Shown piece after piece: positions 28,779 through 37,282 of a stretch of DNA of 60,954 bases (position 1 is the stretch's first letter; each line of letters begins with the position of its first letter). The position numbers were made by a program, and so were the translations under genes. Under the pieces are notes generated by a model. The model searched no databases. It was not told the origin of the DNA and saw only the letters and a list, made by a program, of their open reading frames with translations. This DNA comes from Eubacteriales bacterium (GTDB taxonomy: Bacteria > Bacillota > Clostridia > Oscillospirales > CAG-382). The DNA is taken from positions 1-60,954 of the forward strand of contig JAZQIW010000116.1 in NCBI GenBank assembly GCA_045541355.1. Reading direction: 5' to 3'.

Positions 28779-30215
28779 TTAGTTGTCTTCTTCTTCGCCT
28801 GCACCGGGGATACCGCTCCAGCAGTAGGTACAAAGCTTCTCTGCCGGCAGACCCGTTGCCTCAATCATGTCGTCAAGCCTGTGATATCTAAGGGAGGTAA
28901 AATGAAGCTCCTTTCTGATTTCCTCAACCATGGCATTGTACTGCTCGGTTTCGGGATCGGAGTAGATTTTAAGAAGCTCCTTGTCAGGCTCACGGCCCTC
29001 AAGTCTTGTTATAACACGTCTTGTAATAAGCTCCATTTCAGAGGTTGAACGTGAAAAGTTCAGATATTTGCATCCGTATAAGAGGGGAGGACATCCTACT
29101 CTAATGTGAACCTCCTTTGCACCGCAGCTGTAAAGGAACTCGGTAGTTTCCCTTAACTGTGTACCTCTAACGATAGAGTCGTCAATAAGCAGAAGGCTCT
29201 TGTTTTCAATAAGATCGTGAACAGGTAAAAGCTTCATCTTTGCAATAAGCTTTCTCTTTGTCTGTGTCGGAGGCATGAAGGAACGGGGCCAGGTGGGGGT
29301 GTACTTGATAAATGGGCGTGCAAACTGAATTCCCGATTCGTTGGCATAACCTACCGCGTGCGCCAGTCCCGAGTCGGGAATACCTGCAACCATGTCAGGC
29401 TTTGCATCGTCGCGCTTTGCAAGAAGCTTTCCGCAGTGGTAACGCATCTTTTCAACACTCAGACCCTCGTAGGAGGAGGAGGGGTAACCGTAGTAAATCC
29501 AGAGAAAAGCACAGATTTTCATGGTGTCGCCGGGTGCTACTAAGGTTTTTACCTCATCGGGTGTAATAATTGCTATTTCGCCGGGGCCCAGATTCTTGTA
29601 GTCAACATAACCGAGATTCAGGTAGGCAAAGGATTCAAAGCAAACACAGTAGCCTGTGTTGTCACTTTTCTTTCCGATAACAACAGGTGTCTTGCCGTAT
29701 TTGTCTCTTGCAGCATAAATGCCCTTGGGCGTGAGAATAAGCATACTGAGAGAGCCGTCGATTATTTCAAGTGCGTATTGGATACCCTCAATAAAGTTGT
29801 CCTTTTGGTTTATGATTGCGGCAACAAGCTCTGTGGGGTTGATTTCACCGCCCTGCATTTCAAAGAAATGTGCCTTGCCGTCAATAATTTTTTCGGAGAT
29901 TTCCTCAATGTTGTTTATTTTACCCGTGGTTGTAATGGCAAATGAGCCGTGATGTGAACGGACAAAAATTGGCTGTGCCTCGTAGTCTGAAATACAACCG
30001 ATACCCATGTTGCCTTTCATGGAACTGAAATCAGAAAAGAACTTAGTTCTGAAGGGTGCGTTTTCAATGTTGTGTATGGACTTTTCAAACCCGTTTTCAC
30101 TGTCATAAACAGCAAGACCTGCACGACGTGTACCAAGGTGAGAATGATAGTCTGTACCGTAAAAAATATCAAAAACACAATCTTCCTTTAATGCTGCACC
30201 AAAAAAACCACTCAT
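28779..30215 (-). CDS. purF: Amidophosphoribosyltransferase, variant lacking the N-terminal catalytic Cys
   Basis: PRPP motif LLLIDDSIVRGT, GIPDSG, RSFMPP, Fe-S Cys (ICAF, GCKY, CTYC); begins MSGFFG. Confidence 0.9.
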   Translation of the reverse strand: MSGFFGAALKEDCVFDIFYGTDYHSHLGTRRAGLAVYDSENGFEKSIHNIENAPFRTKFFSDFSSMKGNMGIGCISDYEAQPIFVRSHHGSFAITTTGKINNIEEISEKIIDGKAHFFEMQGGEINPTELVAAIINQKDNFIEGIQYALEIIDGSLSMLILTPKGIYAARDKYGKTPVVIGKKSDNTGYCVCFESFAYLNLGYVDYKNLGPGEIAIITPDEVKTLVAPGDTMKICAFLWIYYGYPSSSYEGLSVEKMRYHCGKLLAKRDDAKPDMVAGIPDSGLAHAVGYANESGIQFARPFIKYTPTWPRSFMPPTQTKRKLIAKMKLLPVHDLIENKSLLLIDDSIVRGTQLRETTEFLYSCGAKEVHIRVGCPPLLYGCKYLNFSRSTSEMELITRRVITRLEGREPDKELLKIYSDPETEQYNAMVEEIRKELHFTSLRYHRLDDMIEATGLPAEKLCTYCWSGIPGAGEEEDN

Positions 30216-30264
30216 ATATATACCTCATAAAATGATGTGCCGATTAAAAAAACCGCCAACTAAT

Positions 30265-30293
30265 ATTATATACTCGATTTAAGCTTATGTCAA
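30265..30293 (-). promoter_or_regulatory. Consensus SigA promoter of purF
   Basis: TTGACA-N17-TATAAT. Confidence 0.85.
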
Positions 30294-30359
30294 GGAGCAG
30301 AAAGCTTTTTGTAAGCACAAAAACAAAGCAGTTTTTTTAGGTAAATTGGTTAAAATGTC

Positions 30360-30397
30360 AAAAAGATAGCCGACAGAACAAGTCTGTCGGCAAAAAA
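30360..30397 (-). terminator. Terminator after the SLH gene
   Basis: GCCGACAGA-ACAAG-TCTGTCGGC flanked by A-runs. Confidence 0.7.
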
Positions 30398-31684
30398 CTA
30401 CATAGGTCTTTCCGTAGAGGATACTTCCGATATTTCTCCGTCTTGGATTTTTATATCAAGAACTCCCTCGGTTCTCAAACCCTGCACTGTGTTTCTTAAA
30501 ACCATAAGTATTCTTGCATTGTCGCTTTGATATTCAAAGCCGAGGGGATTTCCGTCTCTTAAAGAGCATTCGTATGTCATCTCATAAAGCCCGCCGCCGT
30601 TGTCCTCATAAATATATACGTCAATTGCATATCCCAGAGGGATGTCAAAGCTGCGGCTGTATTCAATTTCACCGCCGTCACAGTCTAAATACTCTGCTTC
30701 ATTCTCAAGTATCTCTGTTGCGGCTTCAAAGGTGAGCATCCCTTCGTAAAGGCTGTGATTAAAAAGCATATCGGATGATACATCTGGCGCGTATCCCTCA
30801 TCAATCAGCCTCGTTCTCATGGAAAGGTCGGTGACGGTTGCAAGCACCTTTGCCATTTCCGCACGTGTAAGGTCTGCGTTGGGATAGAAGCAGCCTGAGA
30901 CATCGCCGTTGAATATTCCGTTGTAGTAGGCCTTGAGAATAGCTGTTCTTGATGACTTGGGTATGTCCTCAAAATCGGAAATACAGTATTCGTACTCGTA
31001 GAGAATGTCCTCGTTGTAAAAGGTACCGAGAATAAATTCATGTCCTCTTCCGCCGATTTCTGACGGTACGTTTCTTGCACGAAGAGCGCCGTCAAGCTCA
31101 AAGGAGGCAGAGATGCTCTCGGCAAACCTGTATCTTGAAACGGGGCTTTCCGAAAGCTCGGTGTCAATATATGTAATGTAAGAGCCGTCGGCTTCAAATA
31201 AATCATAGTCGGAAAGAATTCCAAGCTCGTACATTACCTGAAAGTAACCCGAATACCATATTTCAGCACATTCAGCACCCATTGCGTAAAGCTCGGCTTT
31301 TCTTTGCTTTGCAACATTCTCAAGACCGAGATATCTTGTGATAACCGTACTGCATTCAGCATATGAAAATGTGCTTTGAGGCTCAAAGGCACTTGGGGTC
31401 TTGCCCTTTATAAGCTCATTGCTTACAAGATAGTCAAGATAGGAATAAAACCAATCATCGGGATTTACATCCGTAAAATCCGAAATTTCCGCTTTCTTGT
31501 GCGTATGCAGGAGGTCTGATGAAACGTAAGGCTGCTGCTGTGGCTTTGAGTAATTCTCTCGCTGGGAGAGAAGCGCATCAAAGCTTGCACTTTCATCGGC
31601 AATCGCAGGTGAAAACAGCATACCGAGAGCATATGACAGCACCGCGGCAAGACAAATAATGCGTTTTTTTGTTTTATAATTCAT
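30398..31684 (-). CDS. Secreted S-layer-homology (SLH) domain protein
   Basis: Signal peptide; FTDVNPDDWFY...IKGKTPSAFEP; AYYNGIFNGDVSGCFYPNADLTRAEMA. Confidence 0.82.
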   Translation of the reverse strand: MNYKTKKRIICLAAVLSYALGMLFSPAIADESASFDALLSQRENYSKPQQQPYVSSDLLHTHKKAEISDFTDVNPDDWFYSYLDYLVSNELIKGKTPSAFEPQSTFSYAECSTVITRYLGLENVAKQRKAELYAMGAECAEIWYSGYFQVMYELGILSDYDLFEADGSYITYIDTELSESPVSRYRFAESISASFELDGALRARNVPSEIGGRGHEFILGTFYNEDILYEYEYCISDFEDIPKSSRTAILKAYYNGIFNGDVSGCFYPNADLTRAEMAKVLATVTDLSMRTRLIDEGYAPDVSSDMLFNHSLYEGMLTFEAATEILENEAEYLDCDGGEIEYSRSFDIPLGYAIDVYIYEDNGGGLYEMTYECSLRDGNPLGFEYQSDNARILMVLRNTVQGLRTEGVLDIKIQDGEISEVSSTERPM

Positions 31685-31702
31685 GTTACTGCTTCCTATG
31701 CT

Positions 31703-34576
31703 TTATCTGTCAACGTCGTAGAGTGAGTTGATGTCTTCTTCATATCTTGAAATGTCATCTTCGTTCTCGCCCTCGGTGTCCTCGTCAACCTCACTGTTTC
31801 TGTCATCAAGGGTTGTGTCAAGGTCGTTGTCTGATACTTCAAAGCCGGAGATGTCCTCGGGGGAGTTCTCCTCGTCTTTTTTGTCCTTGTCCTTGTTTTT
31901 ATCCTTGTTTTTATCCTTGTTTTTGCTGCCCGAGTCCTTTTTGTCGGAGTCGTTGTCGCCGTCGCCTTCTTCATCCTCATCCTCATCCTTGTCCTTGATG
32001 GGAGAATTTTCGGCGTTGTGAATTGTGCAAAGCTTGTTTATAGCCATACCTGCGGTATAGGATGCATTGTAGCCGATTGTTTCTCCCTCCGCAAGAAGTG
32101 AATGGTAGAAGGGGAAGTAGTCGATAATTTCGTCTATTTTGTCAATGTCCACATATCTGTATGTGTAGAGTGAATCGGCAACGGGAAGGTCACCGTGGGT
32201 AAAGCTTCTGTCCTCTTCTCTGATAAGAGAAATTGTGGTTCTTGTTTCCTCGGGACAGTACTTGTTTGCAACCATGTTGCTCATGGCACACCAGCTTACG
32301 TCAACATGAACATTGCAGGAGCGTGTGGGCTTGTTTTCGTTCTGATAGAAATAGCTTGTGGTAGCTCTGTTGCCTCTGGCATCGTGAGAACAGCTTTCTG
32401 TTGGCAACAGGCCGCTGTCAAGACAGGTGGAGGCAGTGGTCAGCTTTGAAAAATCAAAGTGTCTTAAAGTCTCTTCGCCGTTTGCAACAGCATTGAAATG
32501 CCTTTCGTGAACGCGTGTCATAACCTTGTCCCAGGCAGCAAGAGACTGGCTTGAGCCGAACTTGTATAGGCTTTTTGGAATGTCATATCCAAACCAACAG
32601 GCACCGACATAGTAGGGTGTAAAGCCGCAGAAATAATCATCCTTGTTGTCGTTTGTGGTACCCGTCTTTGCGGCGCAGTTTACTCTCTGGTCAAGGGTGA
32701 TTCTTGCAGCAGTACCGCCCGAAACGACATTTTGCAGGATTTTTGTCATAACCGTAGCAGTAGATTCGGATATAACAGGCTCCTGATTTATCGGGTTGTC
32801 AAGAAGCATTGTTCCGTCGGAGTTTAAAACTCTTGTGTAGAGTCGCGGTGCGGAATATGTTCCTCCGTTGGGGAAGATAGAATACGCCGCCGTCATTTCC
32901 ATGACGGTAATGCCGTGGGTAAGACCGCCAAGTGCAAGAGGAGCTACATCTCTGTCAGAGTCTACAAGACTGTCGATGTGAAGCTTGTTCTTTGCAAAAT
33001 TGAAGGCATAGTCGGGAGTAAGCTCGTCTTTGAGAATTTTGACAGCCGCCGTGTTCTTTGAACGCATAACAGCTTCGTTTACCGTGATTTTGCCCTGATA
33101 AACATTGGGAGAATTAGTCGGCCAGTATTTGTTCATCTTTTCCATGAAAAGAGGAGTGTCATCAATAACTGTGCCGTAGTTGATAAGACCGAGATCCATG
33201 GCAGGGGCATAAACCGTAATAGGCTTTATGGATGAACCGACCTGACGCTTGCTTGCCGTTGCACGGTTAAGCTCAAGCTTGCCTGTCTTTTCGCCTCTTC
33301 CGCCTACAAGACCGAGAACATCGCCTGTGTACGGATCCATAATTACCATGGCGCTCTGGGGTTGAACACCGTCGTCAACCCTCTGGAATGTTGACGGGTC
33401 TTCAAAGACCTCCTCCATTATCTTCTGAATTTCAGGATCCATTGTGACATATATTTCAAGACCGCCCGAATAAATCATGTCCATAGCATACTGCCTTGAA
33501 TAGCCGTATTGCTCTCTGAGATCGTCAACAAGCTGTTCAATAAGGGCATCTTTGAAGTAGGAGTAGGGCTTGTCGGCTTCCTTGGAAGCTTCCTCCATTG
33601 TTATGTTAAGAATAAGCTCCTGAGCCAAAGCCTCGTCATACTCCTCGTGAGATATCCATTCAAGCTCCAGCATTTTGTCAAGAACAACCTCGCGCCTTTC
33701 CTTGTTGTAATCGGGGTTTCTGACGGGGTCGTACTTTGTGGGGGACTTGGGAATTGATGCGAGACACGCCGATTCAAGCAGCGTAAGCTCGGACACGTCT
33801 TTGCCGAAATAGTAGTTTGCCGCAGCCTGAACGCCGTAGTTGCTTCGCGAAAGATGTATTCTGTTAAGGTACATTTCAAGAACCTCTTCCTTGCTTCGCT
33901 TTTCGGACAGGCTAAGGGCTCTGAAAATTTCCTTGACTTTACGCTGGATGGTTGTGTCATCATCCTCGGTTACGTTTTTGATAAGCTGCTGGGTAATTGT
34001 AGATCCGCCGTAGTCGTCGTTGCCGGACACAAATTGAATGGCAGCACCGAAGGTACGCTTCCAGTCAACGCCGTTGTGCTTCCAGTATCTTTCGTCTTCG
34101 ATGGCAAGAAAAGCATCAACAAGATGACTCGGCATCTGATTGTATGAAACCCATGAACGGTTTTCGGAGCCGTAAATTCTCTCGTCAACAAGCTCTATGT
34201 TGTTGCCGTTTTGGTCTGTGTAGTAGAGCTTTGTGGTCATGTCAAGATTCTTTTCAAGACCGGTTATGTCAAAATCGGGCTCAACAAGATATTCCTTTAC
34301 GTAAATGGCAAATGCACCGCCCACAATAATGCCGGTTATGGTACCTATAAGCAGAATGGTAAGAAGGGTGTTAAAAGTCCACTGAACTATTTTCTTAACA
34401 CAAATTCCGCTGACCTTGGCACTCTTTTTAAATACCTTTTTTGCCGTTGCCTTTTTTATGTTGACAGCAGTATCCACCCTTATTTCTCCGTTCTGCTTCT
34501 GATGCTTGGAAATGCCGGGGAAGGCGTGGGTTTGCTGTGTGTTGTTCTGTCTGTTGTTCATGTTGTCGTTGTTCAT
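31703..34576 (-). CDS. Class A penicillin-binding protein (PBP1A family) with Cys/His-rich and charged C-terminal extension
   Basis: Transglycosylase EDERY, GGSTITQQL, RKVKE; transpeptidase SSIK, SKN, KTGT; RBS GGAGG before ATG 34576. Confidence 0.95.
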   Translation of the reverse strand: MNNDNMNNRQNNTQQTHAFPGISKHQKQNGEIRVDTAVNIKKATAKKVFKKSAKVSGICVKKIVQWTFNTLLTILLIGTITGIIVGGAFAIYVKEYLVEPDFDITGLEKNLDMTTKLYYTDQNGNNIELVDERIYGSENRSWVSYNQMPSHLVDAFLAIEDERYWKHNGVDWKRTFGAAIQFVSGNDDYGGSTITQQLIKNVTEDDDTTIQRKVKEIFRALSLSEKRSKEEVLEMYLNRIHLSRSNYGVQAAANYYFGKDVSELTLLESACLASIPKSPTKYDPVRNPDYNKERREVVLDKMLELEWISHEEYDEALAQELILNITMEEASKEADKPYSYFKDALIEQLVDDLREQYGYSRQYAMDMIYSGGLEIYVTMDPEIQKIMEEVFEDPSTFQRVDDGVQPQSAMVIMDPYTGDVLGLVGGRGEKTGKLELNRATASKRQVGSSIKPITVYAPAMDLGLINYGTVIDDTPLFMEKMNKYWPTNSPNVYQGKITVNEAVMRSKNTAAVKILKDELTPDYAFNFAKNKLHIDSLVDSDRDVAPLALGGLTHGITVMEMTAAYSIFPNGGTYSAPRLYTRVLNSDGTMLLDNPINQEPVISESTATVMTKILQNVVSGGTAARITLDQRVNCAAKTGTTNDNKDDYFCGFTPYYVGACWFGYDIPKSLYKFGSSQSLAAWDKVMTRVHERHFNAVANGEETLRHFDFSKLTTASTCLDSGLLPTESCSHDARGNRATTSYFYQNENKPTRSCNVHVDVSWCAMSNMVANKYCPEETRTTISLIREEDRSFTHGDLPVADSLYTYRYVDIDKIDEIIDYFPFYHSLLAEGETIGYNASYTAGMAINKLCTIHNAENSPIKDKDEDEDEEGDGDNDSDKKDSGSKNKDKNKDKNKDKDKKDEENSPEDISGFEVSDNDLDTTLDDRNSEVDEDTEGENEDDISRYEEDINSLYDVDR
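31880..31925 (-). repeat. In-frame 12-nt/6-nt repeats encoding KNKDKNKDKNKDKDK
   Basis: CCTTGTTTTTAT tandem copies on the + strand. Confidence 0.75.
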
Positions 34577-34622
34577 AAGACCTCCGATATAATGCACATT
34601 TGGCAAAAGTCTCAAAATGCTT

Positions 34623-34653
34623 GTATAAAACGAGTTCAAAATACCCATACTTA
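34623..34653 (+). promoter_or_regulatory. Forespore SigG/SigF-type promoter
   Basis: GTATA-N18-CATACTTA upstream of the BofC-like gene. Confidence 0.6.
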
Positions 34654-34671
34654 TAAAAAGGGGGAGTATAG

Positions 34672-35079
34672 TTGAAAAATAAAGAAAAGCGAAATACCGC
34701 CGTTAAACTGGGGCTGGCTGCCCTTGCACTTTTCTTGCTTTTCGCGGGAATGGCAACGCTGTACGGAGTTCTGCCGGGTGCCGTGTGTTACAGCGTAAAC
34801 GCAGAATCCAAAAGCGAAAACGCCATGCAAGAGGTGCGCCTTGCCATATCAGAGCCGGACATTCCATATAAAAGCGTCGGTGAAATACCATTCGCTAACG
34901 GCTTTGTGATAAAAAGCGAGAAGGACAGTATATACGTTTTCAAAGGAAATAAGGCGCTGTACAGAATAAATGCTTCACTTTCCGAGTTTCCCGAAAGCGA
35001 TATGCAGATAATAAAAGAAGGCTTTGATGTTGAAAGCAAACAAAAGCTTCATGAAATAGTGCAGTACCTTGAAAGCTGA
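34672..35079 (+). CDS. Membrane-anchored BofC C-terminal-domain-like protein
   Basis: N-terminal TM; C-terminal FVIKSEKDSIYVF...LSEFPESDMQIIKEGFDVESKQKLHEIVQYLES resembles BofC_C; RBS AAGGGGGAG before TTG. Confidence 0.65.
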   Translation: MKNKEKRNTAVKLGLAALALFLLFAGMATLYGVLPGAVCYSVNAESKSENAMQEVRLAISEPDIPYKSVGEIPFANGFVIKSEKDSIYVFKGNKALYRINASLSEFPESDMQIIKEGFDVESKQKLHEIVQYLES

Positions 35080-35091
35080 AAATATGTATGT

Positions 35092-35117
35092 GCCTGTCGT
35101 TTGCCGACAGGCTTTTT
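35092..35117 (+). terminator. Terminator between convergent small genes
   Basis: GCCTGTCG-TTTGC-CGACAGGC followed by TTTTT. Confidence 0.7.
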
Positions 35118-35118
35118 G

Positions 35119-35394
35119 TCAATCGTCGCTGCAGTTTTTGCAGGAACAGGCACAGGCCCAAATCAGTATTGCCGCAAGAACGGCATAGATAATCGGCAGA
35201 AGCCTTGCTTCCTTGTCATAATCAAAGCCGAAACGCCAAAGAGGCGAATGCTTTTTTGTAGATTTTAGCTGACAGTCAAAATTTGCCTTGCTTTTGATAG
35301 AAAGGCTTTTCAGATAGCTGTAAAAGTCACACATTTTTTCTTTTGAGCTTTCCAGAGCAGTCATTGTTTTGTCAAACGTCTGTTTACAAGACAT
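35119..35394 (-). CDS. Small hypothetical protein with a C-terminal TM and Cys-rich tail
   Basis: RBS AAAGGAG; upstream extended -10 TGGTATAAT; TM LLPIIYAVLAAILIW followed by ACACSCKNC. Confidence 0.7.
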   Translation of the reverse strand: MSCKQTFDKTMTALESSKEKMCDFYSYLKSLSIKSKANFDCQLKSTKKHSPLWRFGFDYDKEARLLPIIYAVLAAILIWACACSCKNCSDD

Positions 35395-35512
35395 AAGCTG
35401 TTCTCCTTTGCAAAAATGTTAATGAATATAATAAACCTATCATATAGTATTATACCACATTTTTTGTAAAAGTAAACAGTATATTTTGAATATTGTAATA
35501 ACGCAGCCTCTT

Positions 35513-35543
35513 AAAAAAAAGCGGGATGCCGAGACGGCACCCC
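35513..35543 (-). terminator. Terminator of the alr operon
   Basis: Imperfect GGGATGCCG-AGA-CGGCACCCC stem with an A8 run to its left. Confidence 0.55.
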
Positions 35544-35549
35544 AAAAAG

Positions 35550-36662
35550 CTAATATACTCTTGCCACACGTGGAGAAACATCGCACAAAAGCTCATATGC
35601 TATGGTTCCCGCATTTTTCGCCTGCTCGTCACAGCTAATCTTTTCTCCCTCGTTTTCGCCCCATATTGTAACCAAATCAAGCACCTGTGCTTTGCTAACC
35701 TCGCTTATGTCAATCATTGCCATGTCCATACATACCCTGCCTATTATGGGGCATCTCTTGCCATGGCATAAAACTTCACCTTTTCCGTTTGAAAGACACC
35801 TGAACAGCCCGTCGGCATATCCTGCACCTATTATTGCAATCCTCATCTTTCTGTCTGCAATAAAATCATGTCCGTAGCTTACGCCGTCGCCGGGGTTTAA
35901 ATCCTGAATACCTACAATCCTTGTAAAAAACTGCATGGCGGGAATAAGGTTTTTGTCTTCCGTTTCACAGCCGTAGAGATAAATTCCCAAACGTGTTGCA
36001 TCAAGATGCATATTTTCAAAATTAATTGTGCCGGCACTGTTGCAAATGTGACGGATTTTTGGGTTTATTCCCATGTCCTTTAGATAATTGCAGCCCTTTT
36101 CAAAGCATTTGTATTGGAATCCCGAAAGTGCCGTATCGTTCTCCGCCTTTGCAAAGTGGGAGAATACCCCTTCAACCTCAATGTTTTTGTTTTGTCTCAG
36201 AAAAGAAACAGCTTCCCTTAAATCCTCGGAAACAGTCTCCCTTGTTATATCAAAGCCCGTTCTGTTCATTCCTGTGTTCAGTTTTATGTGAACCTTTGCC
36301 TTTTTGACGGTCTGAACCTCACTGATAAGCTTTGCGAAATCAAGGCTTGCTACCGCAAAGGAAATGTTGTTTTCAATGGCTTCTTCTATGTGGCAGGGAA
36401 GAATAAGCCCGAGAACAAGAATTGAACAGTCAATTCCGCCCTCTCTTAGCCCCATTGCTTCTTCAAATGAGGAAACTGCAAAAAAATCGCACCCCTCATC
36501 GGTAAGAGCCTTTGCGACTCTCACTGCACCGTGACCGTAAGCATTTGCCTTTACAACGCAGATTACCCGCCTTTGTGTTTTGCTTTTTATGTAATTGTAG
36601 TTGTGCTTTATGGCATCAAGGTCAATTTTACAAAAGGTTTTAAGCTTGTTTGTGTCGTTCAT
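35550..36662 (-). CDS. alr: Alanine racemase
   Basis: VVKANAYGHG, HIKLNTGMNRTG, FSHF, GYADG, GRVCMD. Confidence 0.96.
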   Translation of the reverse strand: MNDTNKLKTFCKIDLDAIKHNYNYIKSKTQRRVICVVKANAYGHGAVRVAKALTDEGCDFFAVSSFEEAMGLREGGIDCSILVLGLILPCHIEEAIENNISFAVASLDFAKLISEVQTVKKAKVHIKLNTGMNRTGFDITRETVSEDLREAVSFLRQNKNIEVEGVFSHFAKAENDTALSGFQYKCFEKGCNYLKDMGINPKIRHICNSAGTINFENMHLDATRLGIYLYGCETEDKNLIPAMQFFTRIVGIQDLNPGDGVSYGHDFIADRKMRIAIIGAGYADGLFRCLSNGKGEVLCHGKRCPIIGRVCMDMAMIDISEVSKAQVLDLVTIWGENEGEKISCDEQAKNAGTIAYELLCDVSPRVARVY

Positions 36663-36680
36663 TTTATACTCGCCTTTATT

Positions 36681-37259
36681 TTAATCATTTTTTATTGTTT
36701 TGAATTCTTCTATTGTTATAAGTACCGAGCTCTTGTCGTTTCCGACACTGAGAGATGTGGGGTATCCTGTACTTTGGTTGTAGTTTATACGGTATTGCAT
36801 CCCGTTTTCTTCAAATTCCGCACTTACGGAGCCGTCTGCCTCGGAAATGGAAAAGCAGTCCTGCGATAGCTGTGAGAGCTTTGAGGGAATGACATCCGAA
36901 AAGAGCGAAAACATAAGCGTAAGGTCTCCCGCAATGCTTTTTGGAACATTTGCAGGTATTCCCGATAGTTCAAAAATGAATATGTCGGGGTTATACGCAG
37001 AGTCGCTGGTTATTGAAATGCCGCTGTATTCCTGCGGTTGCTTGAATAAAAGGACTGTTTTGTCGGATTTTGTAATGTCGGCACTGCCGTATGCTTCCTG
37101 TTCCGAATCCGAAATCACATACGAAAGGCTTGCATTGTAGCCGGAGTAAAGGTTTTCGCAAATAAGTTTTTTTGAGTACTTGTCACCTGAGCATCCCGCA
37201 AGAGAAGCCGAAAGCAACACTGCCAAAAACAAAAATGAAAAGCTCTTAAATAACCTGAT
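36681..37259 (-). CDS. Lipoprotein, GerS/YdcC/LolA-like by position
   Basis: Lipobox LAGC; lies between nnr and alr; RBS-supported start appears to be ATC at 37259 (ORF track uses TTG 37232). Confidence 0.6.
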   Translation of the reverse strand: MRLFKSFSFLFLAVLLSASLAGCSGDKYSKKLICENLYSGYNASLSYVISDSEQEAYGSADITKSDKTVLLFKQPQEYSGISITSDSAYNPDIFIFELSGIPANVPKSIAGDLTLMFSLFSDVIPSKLSQLSQDCFSISEADGSVSAEFEENGMQYRINYNQSTGYPTSLSVGNDKSSVLITIEEFKTIKND

Positions 37260-37282
37260 AACGCATCATTCCTTAAAGTGTA

